From NCBI GenBank assembly GCA_963845755.1, contig CAWJTV010000005.1, forward strand, positions 64,001 to 128,000: a stretch of 64,000 nucleotides of DNA, written 5' to 3'. The notes below the pieces were generated by a model that did not search any database, was not told the DNA's origin, and worked only from the letters and a program-made list of their open reading frames with translations. The first letter of the stretch is position 1. Each line of letters opens with the position of its first letter. This DNA is from an uncultured Planctomycetota bacterium (GTDB taxonomy: Bacteria > Planctomycetota > Planctomycetia > Isosphaerales > Isosphaeraceae). A program made the translations under genes and the position numbers. Below, one piece after another: positions 44,101-53,700 of the stretch.

Positions 44101-44769
44101 CTCCTGGTCGAGCAGGTCAAAGGGATCAATGCCCGGATCGACTTCTGCAAGCGGCTCGAAGCGACCTATGGGAAGTCGCGTCAGGCCGATACGGAGCGGC
44201 CCCTGGTCAAGCTCGACCAGGAGGATCGGAGGCCCGGCGATACCACGGCGATCTACGACAAGGGGGGTTGGGTCTTCTGGATGCTGCTGAACCACCTGGG
44301 GCGAGACCAGGCCCTCGCCGGCATCCAGTCGTTCTTCAAGACCTATCACGGCAACCCCGACCACCCCGTGATCCAGGACTTCGTGGCCGCGATGCGGCCG
44401 TTCGCCCGCGATTCGGCGGCCTTCGATGCGTTCGTCCGCCAGTGGTTCTTCGAAGTCGTCGTGCCCGAATTTCAACTCTCGGAGCCTCGAAAGATTAAAC
44501 GGGGATCGAACTGGGAAGCGACGGTGCGAATCCAGAATGTCGGGACAGGGACGGTGCCCGTCGAGGTCGTCGCCGCGCGGGGAGAGCGGTTCGCCAAGGA
44601 TGGATCATCTTCGTCCGATTACCGTGAGGCGCGCACTACGATCCACCTCGGTCCGGGTGCATCGCACGACGTTTCCCTCATCTGCCCATTCGAGGCGGAT
44701 CGGATCGTTGTAGACCCCGACGCCAAGCTCCTCCAGCTCCAGCGGAAGAACGCCGTGGCCAAGTTCTGA
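41140..44769 (+). CDS. ABC-2 type permease fused to an M1-family aminopeptidase domain
   Basis: Two multi-TM permease halves followed by a soluble domain with YAQGFP, HEAAHQWWG...LTEG and YDKG; ATGA overlap with the ATPase gene. Confidence 0.88.
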   Translation: MNAILSPGLRRVWTVFSGDLGTYARRPLFAVWALILVFCALGFSTGSVRIQSGDATVGGTKSHITSEFAVAMQFAIVTTLFYGFFVAVAAGMAIIQDDEWRIGELLHATPLRAWEYVWAKFAAVITVSSVMLGLHLAAMLFFYHVLPNADAQEFRGTFHLSNYLLPALWFWVPTIVFLAGLSFLFGEWTRRPVAVFLLPLAIVLLDAFFLWEWSPNWLDPRINRALMLLDPAGFRWLNETWLKVNRGVRFYNTASIPPDPGFLVSRVVMVVLGLGAAVLGQRHFAATSRGSSSRSARRAAAASLLAGPPSIAKVNSGAESVSKAPLASLQMTLSQPSLLRGAWHVARSELAELRSSPGLYLFIPLLLLQTIVTALIDVGPFDTPLLVTPVGFAVHAMGTLTTCSCLLLLFYTVESLERERSTGLAAIAFATPIRTGSLLLGKLVALGALALAIVAAVAVGGIIVILIQGQVGVSLPPMLLHWGLLLLPTILCWIAFVTAAHRLTQSRYATYALALGVIYFTGYRLGTNQINWVGNWPLWQAVRDSDMSVLELDRRALVLNRVMAVGLSVFFTVLTVRFYRRREVNATQLVHRLRPRAVLSMALRLAPWAVVPLVAGIWLALEVGWGREGGAAQKEEKDYWRKNLATYRDARIPDLRLVTLHLDLFPERSAYRARGTFDLVNGTDRPLREVLLTGGPHWEKLAWTMDGEPFSPADRAHLFVFTPPGGTLAPGGTVQIGFEHEGRFPRGVSKRTAGASEFILPSAVVLTSFRPAIVPVLGFLDSIGIDDDNRQDSREYPDDFYLGQTDSFMGYRTPFSTKITITGPAEFTINSVGIKTSDDVQDGRRTVVWESDHPVSFFNVIAGRWAVEHGDGTAVFYHPGHRYNVAEMREALDAAHRHFSRWFFPYPWRELKLSEFPNLASYAQGFPTNITFSEGVGFLAHNTPEIHAPFEITAHEAAHQWWGNILSAGKAPGGILLTEGTADFSAILLVEQVKGINARIDFCKRLEATYGKSRQADTERPLVKLDQEDRRPGDTTAIYDKGGWVFWMLLNHLGRDQALAGIQSFFKTYHGNPDHPVIQDFVAAMRPFARDSAAFDAFVRQWFFEVVVPEFQLSEPRKIKRGSNWEATVRIQNVGTGTVPVEVVAARGERFAKDGSSSSDYREARTTIHLGPGASHDVSLICPFEADRIVVDPDAKLLQLQRKNAVAKF

Positions 44770-44862
44770 TCGAGGATGATTCGAGGGATTTGGGATCGGG
44801 ATCGAAGGCGAAGAAAGGATCGATTCAAAATACAAAATTGGGATTGAAAATACATTAACTTC

Positions 44863-45397
44863 TTATTACTATAATATAAATAATTTATTTAATCTTGAAC
44901 CTTCTATCACTCGTTCCCACGCTCGGCGTGGGAATGCCGTCTGCGACGCTCCGCGTCGTCTTCGTCTTGGATTTCCAGTGACCCGTCGGTTGTCACCGAA
45001 ACCCAGGACTCCGTCTCGGCAGGGTTGCGGGCGTCGGAGGATCTCCCAGGCGTCGGATCGAAGGGGAGACCCGCTCCACCGGCTTCTCGGAGATGTCGCT
45101 CAACTTCTGGCTCATCATCGCGTCGGTCCCAAGGATTCTCGGAGGCCTGACTTCGAAGGGGACGACGCCGAGCGTCGCAGACGGCATTCCCACGCGGAGC
45201 GTGGGAACGAGTCATCGCGTTCTGACGGGGTAATCGGCGGCTTCGATGCCGAATGTCACATAAGCTGGCATTAATATTTCCTGATGCCTGAAAACCAGGC
45301 ATCTTACAACTGTTGACCAGGGTGTGAACGGGTACAAAAAAAATTAAATTATTATTACTATAATATAAATAATTTGTTTGATCTTGAACCTTCTATC
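44863..45397. repeat. AT-rich 46-bp direct repeats (44863-44908, 45352-45397) enclosing a ~50-bp inverted REP-like pair (44910-44960, 45161-45211)
   Basis: TTATTACTATAATATAAATAATTT(A/G)TTT(A/G)ATCTTGAACCTTCTATC occurs twice. CTCGTTCCCACGCTCGGCGTGGGAATGCCGTCTGCGACGCTCCGCGTCGTC occurs with its near reverse complement. Confidence 0.85.
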
Positions 45398-45415
45398 CGG
45401 TGTCTTGAGGTAGGG

Positions 45416-46355
45416 TCATGCAGGCAATCCTCCGTCTGCGCGTGGGAGCGCGCCCCATCCGAGCTTGGCGCGGAGGGTCCTGTAGAAGCTGTGGCCCGGC
45501 AGTCGGACCATGGGGAAGGGGGTCTTGCCCCGGCGGATGGTCACGCGGTCGCCGCACCGCAAAGGCACCTGGACCTGGCCGTCGATCACCAGCACTGTGG
45601 AGATTCCGACCCCCAGCGGGGTGGCCTCGTAGACCTTGTGCGCGCTGTTCAACCAAGGGGCGCTGGGTCAGCGTGTGCGGGCAGATGGGCGTAACGACGA
45701 ACATGTGGGCATCAGGGGGGAGGATCGGACCGCCCGACGAGAGGCTGTGCGCCGTCGAGCCGACCGGCGTGGCGATGATCAGCCCGTCGCCTCGGTAGGT
45801 CATCACGCTCTCGCCGTCGATAGACAGGCCGATCTCCACCAGGTGGAAGAACGGGGCGGCGCGGATCACCGCATCGTTCAGACCCCGGAAGATGCGCGTC
45901 GGTCCCTCTCTTGGCGAGAGGGTACATTCCAGGGTCATCAGGTTGTCGATCGTGTACTGGCGTGCGGACAGGTCGATCAGCCGGTCGCGGAACTCGGCCG
46001 GGGTCAGGTCGGCGAGGAACCCGAGTCGTCCGAGATTGACTCCCAGGGCTGGCTTGGGCCGGTCCCCCATCCGACGCGCCGTGTGGAGCACGGTGCCGTC
46101 GCCTCCGAGTACCACGGCCACCTCAGCCGGCAGGTCGGAGAGGTTCGAGTCGGCCGAGAGGTCGACTCCCACCAGCTCCAGCCCGGGAGTCTGCGATAGG
46201 GCTTCGGTCAGCGTTCTGGCGGCCGAGTGGACCTCGGCCTTGGTCCCGTTCCCCAGCAACACCAGTCTCAGAGCTTTCGGTGCCGGCGCCTGGGGACGCG
46301 AGGCTGGCGGGTGCGGATCGGATCCAGGATCGGGGGTGGAGTCCGCGGGTCCCAT
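45416..46355 (-). CDS. nadK: NAD(+) kinase (frameshift ~45655)
   Basis: LGGDGTVL, GVNLGRLGFL, LNDAV, GDGLIIATPVGSTAHSLSSGGP, TPICPHTL, IDGQ and LRAKLGWG motifs. Confidence 0.93.
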
Positions 46356-46420
46356 TCGTCCTTTTGTCCTTGGTGCGTGCGGCTTCGTCCGCAGGCCGCC
46401 TTATGGTGACTGGTGACGGA

Positions 46421-48370
46421 TCATGGGCTGGTCCGGACCACGGTCAAAGGACCCCGGACCAACTCGGGGATGGACATCCCGACGGTTCTGGCGAGTTCCA
46501 GGGCCGCACGGGTGACGCCTTCGACGTCCAGGCCAACCTCGACAAGCTGCTCATCGCGTTCGGCATGCAGGACATACCGGTCGGGGAGGCCGAGCCGGCG
46601 GAGATGGGACGTTGTGATCCCCGCATCGTTGGCCGCCTCGAGCACCGCGGAACCGAAGCCGCCCATCAAGCTGCTCTCCTCGACCGTCAGCACGAATCCA
46701 CATTCCTCGATTGCCTTGCCGATGGTTTCTCGATCCAGCGGCTTGACGAATCGGGCGTTGATCACGCCAACCCGCAAGCCGTAAAGGTTGCGCAGCCGCT
46801 CGGCCACCCGCAGGCACGTCCCGACCGTGGCGCCGCAGGCCAGCAGCATGCCGTCGGTCTCCCATTCGAGGATCTCGGCTTGGCCCAGCTCGACGGGCTG
46901 GACGTCGCGTTCGATCGTGTCGAGGTTGGCCCGGGGATAACGGAGTGCGACGGGCGCGTTCTGCGCCAGGGCGAATTCGAACATCGGGGCGATGTCGTTC
47001 TCGTCGCCCGGCGCCATGACGACCATATTCGGGAAGACACGAAGGTAGGCCAGGTCATACGATCCGTGGTGAGTGGGGCCATCGGCGCCGACGAGCCCGG
47101 CGCGGTCGAGGCAGAACACGACCGGCAGATTCTGGAGGGCCACTTCCTGGAAGATCTGGTCGTAGGACCGCTGCAAGAACGTACTATAGATGTCGACGAT
47201 CGGTCTCACGCCGGTCTTGGCCATACCTGCGGCGAACGCGACAGCGTGGCTCTCGCAGATCCCGACATCGAAGAACTGTTCCGGGAAGGAGTCGCGGATT
47301 CGCTGGAGTTTGTTCCCCTCGCACATGGCGGCGGTGATCACCGCGACCTTGGGGTCGCGGCCACACGCCTTGAAAAGGACGTCGCTGACGACGTCCGTGA
47401 ACGTGCGATTCGACGAGGTCTTGAGAGGGATGATGCCGTCGCCCCCCTGCTGGAACGGGGCGGGTGCGTGGAACTTGACCGGGTCCTTCATCGCCGGTTC
47501 GAAGCCGTGTCCCTTGTTGGTCAGGACGTGGAGCAGGACCGGACCTTCCATCGCCTTGACCCGTTCGAAATAGCTGCGGAGCATCTTGAGGTCGTGGCCG
47601 TCGATCGGCCCGAGGTAGACAAAACCCAGCTCTTCGAAGAGCATCCCGTGGTGGAGCGAAGCCTTGATGCCGTCCTTCACTTGCTGGTACCAGCGGTCCA
47701 CGTGCTCCCCGACCACAGGGATATTCGGCAACAGCCACTTGACTCGCTTGTTCCAGTCGTTGAAGGTCCCGGACATGCGTGCGCGGTCGAGGTATTCGGC
47801 CAGTCCGCCGACCCGCGGGCAAATCGACATCTTGTTGTCGTTGAGGATCACCAGCATCTTCTTCTTCAGCCCGCTGGCATGATTGAACGCCTCGAAGACG
47901 ATGCCGGAGGGGAGGGCGCCGTCGCCGATGACGGCGACCGAATGGCGATCGGGTCTGCCGGCCATCTCGTCGCCGACTTTCAGTCCCAGCGCCGTCGAGG
48001 GCGCACAACCCGCGTGCCCGGTCATGAACAGGTCGAATGCGCTCTCCGTCGGATTCGGGTAGCCCATCAGGCCCCCCTTGGTCCGGATCGAGTGCAGCCG
48101 ATCGGCGCGTCCGGTGATCAACTTGTGAGGGTAGATCTGATGGCCGGTGTCCCAGATCAAGCGGTCCTTCGTGAAGTCGAAGGTGAGGTGGAGCGCCAGA
48201 CAGAGCTCGACTACCCCAAGATTGCTGGCGAAGTGAGCGGAGCGGCGACCGAGTACGCCGATCAGCTCGGAGCGCATCTCCTCGGCGAGCCGTTGGAGCT
48301 CGAGGTCCGTCAGCGCGTTCAAGTCGGCCGGCGATTTGATCCGATCGAGCACCGCGTCCGAAACGTCCAT
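46421..48370 (-). CDS. dxs: 1-deoxy-D-xylulose-5-phosphate synthase
   Basis: HFASNLGVVEL, WDTGHQIYPHK, IGDGAL...ILNDNKMSI, GPIDGHD, DVGICESHA, IYSTFLQR and DRAGLVGADGPTHHG. Confidence 0.97.
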   Translation of the reverse strand: MDVSDAVLDRIKSPADLNALTDLELQRLAEEMRSELIGVLGRRSAHFASNLGVVELCLALHLTFDFTKDRLIWDTGHQIYPHKLITGRADRLHSIRTKGGLMGYPNPTESAFDLFMTGHAGCAPSTALGLKVGDEMAGRPDRHSVAVIGDGALPSGIVFEAFNHASGLKKKMLVILNDNKMSICPRVGGLAEYLDRARMSGTFNDWNKRVKWLLPNIPVVGEHVDRWYQQVKDGIKASLHHGMLFEELGFVYLGPIDGHDLKMLRSYFERVKAMEGPVLLHVLTNKGHGFEPAMKDPVKFHAPAPFQQGGDGIIPLKTSSNRTFTDVVSDVLFKACGRDPKVAVITAAMCEGNKLQRIRDSFPEQFFDVGICESHAVAFAAGMAKTGVRPIVDIYSTFLQRSYDQIFQEVALQNLPVVFCLDRAGLVGADGPTHHGSYDLAYLRVFPNMVVMAPGDENDIAPMFEFALAQNAPVALRYPRANLDTIERDVQPVELGQAEILEWETDGMLLACGATVGTCLRVAERLRNLYGLRVGVINARFVKPLDRETIGKAIEECGFVLTVEESSLMGGFGSAVLEAANDAGITTSHLRRLGLPDRYVLHAERDEQLVEVGLDVEGVTRAALELARTVGMSIPELVRGPLTVVRTSP

Positions 48371-49338
48371 CAACGATCCCTTTCCAAAAGTGCCAGGGCC
48401 AGCTCGCGAAGCGGATTGCCGCGCGCTCCCAATGGCTCCAGCGCAACGACGGCCTCCTCGGCCAACTGTCGGGCGCGGTGCCGGCTGCCGTTGACGCCCA
48501 CGAATCTGGGGTACGTCCATTTGCCCAGCTCGGAATCCTTGCCGACGCGTTTGCCTAGCTTGGATTCGTCCCCTTCGACGTCCAGGAGGTCGTCGACGAT
48601 CTGGAAGGCCAGGCCAACCGACCGGCCGTAGTGATCCAGGGCCGAAGCACACGTCTCCGAGGCCTCGGCAATGGCGGCGCCCATGGTCAGAGGTGCGCGA
48701 AGCAAGGCGCCGGTCTTGCGGCGGTGGATGGCTTCCAGTGCGGCCAGGGTCCCGGCCGCCGGACGTCCCTGGGCCTCGGTGCGACCCTCCGCTTGGAGGT
48801 CGGCCATCTGGCCGGCCACCATTCCCCACGGGCCGGCCGCCTCGGCCAGGATCCGCACGCAACGGATCGCCGACGTCGCGGGGCGGACCTCGCGCGCCAG
48901 AACCTCGAATGCCATCGTCAGGAGACCGTCACCGGCCAGGATCGCCGTCGCCTCGTCAAAGGCTTTGTGGCAGGTCGGACGCCCTCGCCGCAGGTCATCG
49001 TCGTCCATCGCCGGAAGGTCGTCATGGATCAACGAATAGGTGTGCACCATCTCCAGAGCGCAAGCGGCGGGCAGCGCCGCTTCGATCTCGCCTCCGCATG
49101 CCTCGGCCGCCATCACGCAGAGCACTGGACGCAGCCGCTTCCCGCCGCCGAGCAGGCTGTATTGCATCGCCATCGCCAGCCGTGCCGGACACGACGATTC
49201 GGCGTCGGCCTCGACGTCCGGGAGGTACGTGGCCAAGGCCCCCTCGACCCGGCGCCGGATCCGTTCCAGATTCGCGCCCAATCCCGCGAATTCGGTCGTT
49301 CTCGTCTCAGAACTCGTCATGGTCCTCGTCGTGATCAT
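48370..49338 (-). CDS. ispA: Farnesyl/geranylgeranyl diphosphate synthase
   Basis: GGKRLRP, SLIHDDLPAMDDDDLRRGRPT, AGQMAD, KTGAL and FQIVDDLLD; TGATG overlap with dxs. Confidence 0.93.
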   Translation of the reverse strand: MITTRTMTSSETRTTEFAGLGANLERIRRRVEGALATYLPDVEADAESSCPARLAMAMQYSLLGGGKRLRPVLCVMAAEACGGEIEAALPAACALEMVHTYSLIHDDLPAMDDDDLRRGRPTCHKAFDEATAILAGDGLLTMAFEVLAREVRPATSAIRCVRILAEAAGPWGMVAGQMADLQAEGRTEAQGRPAAGTLAALEAIHRRKTGALLRAPLTMGAAIAEASETCASALDHYGRSVGLAFQIVDDLLDVEGDESKLGKRVGKDSELGKWTYPRFVGVNGSRHRARQLAEEAVVALEPLGARGNPLRELALALLERDR

Positions 49339-49722
49339 GGACTGGCCGCGAGCCGATGGCCGGACGCCGCGATCCCCAACAAGCCTTGGGACGCACGCCC
49401 CAATCAGGTCCTCCTCCCCGGACCACCCAGTCGCCAAGCTATTGTGGACTTTCACCCTCCGAATGTCCACATGAGACCCCTCTAAACTTTGGATCACAAA
49501 GTTGAGACAGGCACTCTATATAGGACTCTTACGCATAATCCTACCCTCCGTCCCTGGTTTCCCAGCAAGTCCGAGGGAATTCGTCGAGAAGAATCGCGAG
49601 ATCGGGATCGCCGAACGGCGATCCGCCACTCCGGATCAATGTCGCGAGGACATTCGGTAACGCGAAAAGATCGATCGGCCTGAGAGTCTGCGAATCGGCG
49701 AAGGACGAGGCCAGGGCGGGGC

Positions 49723-50091
49723 TCAGAACGGCGGGTCGGACCGGACGTCCAGGCGAACGTGCTGGATTCGTGAGGGGTCGCTTCGCTCGGACGATGCCGG
49801 TTTCGTCTCCAGGTCGATCGGACTCGGGGACGCCACGGACTGTCGGGCGAGCGTCGCCGTCGCGTCGAACGGCGTGGTGTGAGGATTCCCCTGGTCGTCG
49901 ATGCCGGTGAGGAGTGAGACCGAATGTTCGGCTTGCTCAAGGAGTTGATAGCAGCGCCGCAGGAGTTTGACGCCAGTCTCGTAGCCAGTCAGTGCAGCAC
50001 TCAGGGTAGAATCGCCACGCTCCAGGCTCGCCACGATCCGCTCGATCTCGGTCAACGCGACCTCAAAGGTGGGCTCGGTGTCATCCACCAT
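49723..50091 (-). CDS. xseB: Exodeoxyribonuclease VII small subunit
   Basis: TFEVALTEIERIVASLERGDSTLSAALTGYETGVKLLRRC..LLEQAE; located upstream of ispA. Confidence 0.9.
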   Translation of the reverse strand: MVDDTEPTFEVALTEIERIVASLERGDSTLSAALTGYETGVKLLRRCYQLLEQAEHSVSLLTGIDDQGNPHTTPFDATATLARQSVASPSPIDLETKPASSERSDPSRIQHVRLDVRSDPPF

Positions 50092-50171
50092 GATTCGATC
50101 CGGACTCCATCATGGCCATCGCCTTACCGAGGTCCCGGTCTCTTGCCCGGGGTGAACGCCACACCAAGACC

Positions 50172-50328
50172 CTAACGCGGCATTCGGCCGCAACCCAATC
50201 GGGATTCCCGATTCAAGATTCCGGATTGCCGAAGGAAAATGATCCGGGAATCCGGAATCTCGAATCCGGAATTCGGAATCCCCAGATGTGCGCGATGCGG
50301 AGGGATCCTACGGAGGACGACTCTAACG
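50172..50328. repeat. Third copy of the heptamer-array repeat element
   Basis: CGCGGCATTCGGCCGCAACC, then GATTC units, GAATC units and CCCAGATGTGCGC...GGGATCCTACGGAG...CTCTA. Flanked by CTAACG on both sides. Confidence 0.8.
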
Positions 50329-50728
50329 TCTCGGAGCCACTCTGGCCAGTCGTTCGCTGATTTCTCAGTTTTCCTTTTTCGATTATCCGTGTTCAGTCCG
50401 ACCGCTGCCACCAGTGGACCAGACGTTCCTCACCGGAACGGCAGAAGTATGTACGATGACCCTGGCAGCCACCTGCTTCGCGAACCTCCTGGCCGCGTCC
50501 ATGACGGAGTGCTTGGGCAGCTTGCTCGGGTTGTTGGTGACAGGTAAGTCGATCTTGCCCGGGGTTCGCCGCGTGCCGGGAGGGCTGACCGAGGGCCCTC
50601 GCCCGACCACGGACGAGGGAGCGTTGGTGATATCATGGGTCGCGGTGAGCTGTGCGACAAAAATATCGGGGCCGGCATGAGTACCCGCCCCGATTACTTA
50701 TGTCAGGAGGTTCGATCATCGTCCCCGG

Positions 50729-53700
50729 TCAGCGGCGACGGCGGTGGGTTCCGACTTCCCCGATGAAGAAGGCAAGCGCCGCGTCGTGAGCAGCGTGGTG
50801 TGGGGTCGAACCCGATTGCTTCACCACGTGGTGCACCGTGTGCACGACGTGAACGGCCTTGCTCGCATGTCGGATCTTCACGTGCTTGCCGGTCTTCAGG
50901 TGGGGATGTCCTGGCGCGGGAGGATCGATGACGGCGGCAGACGGCGGAACAAATCCGGCCGGGACAGGCAGGAACGGCTTCACGATGTTGTGAAAGGTCG
51001 TGATCCATGCCTGGAAGTCTCCGCCCGGCCGGCCGTTACCGGTCGGGAAGACGCCGTAGAACGTCCCGGAGAGGGGATTCTCCGCGTTGTCCTCGATACC
51101 TTTGTTCCCGCTCCCTGAGTTGATGTCGATCATGTAGATTCCACCACGCAACTCTCTGCCATGGTGAAAGACTACGTTGACCGTTACCGGAGAAGTCGGC
51201 GTTGCTCCGGGTGTGACCGTGACGCCGGTGACCAGGATCACCGATGGGATGTGCACGTTATGGACGAGCTGCTTGCCCATCAGATGATAAAACGCGCCGT
51301 CCGAGATACTGGCCATGTCCATGCCGCTGAGGTTGTCCTGGTACGTGATCGTCAAGGTCGCGTCGAGCCGATTGAATGCCGCCGCGGTGATCACCGGCCC
51401 GACCGTGTCGATTTCCAGGTTGGCTGCGATCGTCACCGGAGCCGTGGTCGTGGTCATGCCGAACTGATCGACCGCAGTCGCCGTGATCGCGTAGGTGTTA
51501 TCGGGGAGTGCCACGTTGGAACTGATGTTCCAGGCCCCGTTGTTCTGGGCCTGCCCCGTGCCGATCACCATGGGCAAACCGCCGGTCGGAGTCGCGTACA
51601 GGGTGACCGATGAGTAAGGTTCCGAGGTTCCCGAGAAGTCGGGCTGGGGGTTATTGGTCACATCAAGCGTGCCCGTGGACACGCCGCTGACGGTTGCCAG
51701 ATTCACGGACCCGGTCACCACGATGGGCCGATCCGCCACCGAGGCTGTGTTGGTCACGGTCAGTACGGAACCGCCGGCGTCGTGGATGTACACGGTGATC
51801 GGATAGCTTCCCGTGCCACCGTTGACGCCCGCGTCCGCGTAAGTATGCGAGCCGGTGACGTCGAAAGGAGTACCGACCCCGCCGGGTTGCTTAACCGTTC
51901 CGGCCGACTGCGGCGAGCCATCACCCCAGTCGATCGTCACCTCGAAGTCGCTGATCGCCGCCGTGGGATTCGTGTCGTTGAACGATGCGACTGGACCGGT
52001 GAATACCGGGGCGCCGAACTCCGGAACCGGGTAGACGGCCGATTCAGTGGTGCTCACGATGGGTTGGATCAACCCGGTCGCGTTCAGGCGCTGCGTCGGC
52101 GATCACGGCCGACCCGGAGATGATGGTCACCGACCCGCCGTCATCGGTCACGGTGACGGTGTAGGCATAGGTCCCTTCCTCGGCATAGGTGTGGGGAGCC
52201 GTGATGGTGTAGATCACGCCGTTGGGAGAGCCGACGGCGGTGATGTTCGATGTCGTCAAAGTCTGAACCGCGCTGCCGTCTCCCCACTTAACCTTGATCG
52301 AGCCGGGGGCGGTGGTGAAGTCGGCGACGGTCGAGCCCTGATTGGCATCGGTGAAGCTGCCCAGCAGGGTGGTAGTCGCCGTCGCGATGCCCTCGATCCC
52401 AGTGATCACGGTGCCATTGGAGCTCGTCAGGGGTGCATCGAGGACGGTGACTCCGCCGGGAGGACTGGTCAGCGTGGTGCTCACTCCGCCGAGGGTCGTG
52501 ATCACAACGCTGAGGATGTCGGGTGAGCCGGCGGGCGTCTCGTCGGCATAGGTGTGGCTGCCGAGGACCTCGAAGATCGGCGCTCCGGGATCGGTTGCCG
52601 ACGTCAGCGGTGTGACGCCGATTTGCTGGACTACCAGGGTGACCCCCGCAGCCGTCGGCGTACCGTCACCCCAGCCGCCGATCGCGAGCGCCGCGTTCAC
52701 GTCGGCGACAGTAGCCAGTGTATTGGGGTCCACGAAGGTTGCCAGCACGAACAGGCCCGTGTTCGTGCCTTCAACTGCGGTGAAGCTCTTGGTCGAGCCG
52801 GTAACCGCCAGGTCGGTGACGGTGGCAGAGCCGGTGAGCGTAACGGTCGACCCGCCGGCGTCAACCACGTGGATCGTTAGTGCGTACGTGCCCGGCTTGG
52901 CGTAGAGATGCCCTCCCTCGACATTGAAGCCGCCTCCTCCGGTGGATACCAAAGTGCCGAGGCTATTCGCGGTGCTGTCGCCCCAGTCGATGACCGCCGT
53001 GTAGTCGCTGGCCGATGCCGCCGTGTTGGCATCGGTGAAAGTACCGACAACGGTGCTGGCGGGCAGTGCCACGCCCGTATGAGGCGTCAACGCGACGGCG
53101 GGGCCTGCGGTCAAGGCCGCATCGGCGATAACGGCAGTCGCGGTCCCGTCGACGGTGATTGGTGGCGTGCCGGCGCTGTCGGTGACGGACACCACGACCT
53201 TGTAGGTGCCCTCTTCCGGGAGCGTGAACGCCGGGGCATTGACCGTGTACTGGGCCGCGTTGCCATTCTGGGTGATGCTGGCAGCGGCAACCGATACGAC
53301 GGTCGCGCCGGCCGAGTTGATGACGGAAATGTTCGCCGAGTAGTCCGCGATCGGGTCGGCTCCTCCGGCATCAATGAAGGTGGCGATCGGGCCGGCCGCG
53401 ATGGCAATCCCCTCGGTTCCGACTATCGGTACGACCGAAACGGCCAGAGGGCCCTGGGTCACGGTGGCGGTGGCCGTCGAGGTGGCCGTCGCGCCCGGGG
53501 TAATCGGGACGGTTACCGGGGCACCGTTCACGAGAGTACCCGTGACCGGTCCGCTTTGCGTAATGATGGTCAAACTGATCGGGTACGAGCCCGCAGTGGC
53601 GTAGGTGTGCGTTCCCGTGATTTCGTAGACGCTCGGGTTGCTCGCGTCTTGAGTAATCGTACCGGCCGTCGTGGTACCGTCGCCCCAGGCGATCGTCGCG

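Noticed and set aside
46280..49485. Long + strand ORFs (783 aa and 284 aa)
   Set aside because: Antisense shadows of dxs and ispA, typical of GC-rich DNA. The same applies to most other overlapping ORFs in the track.
50383..50680. Small ORFs between the heptamer element and the adhesin 3' end
   Set aside because: Several short overlapping frames with no recognisable motif or clear start; cannot be supported.
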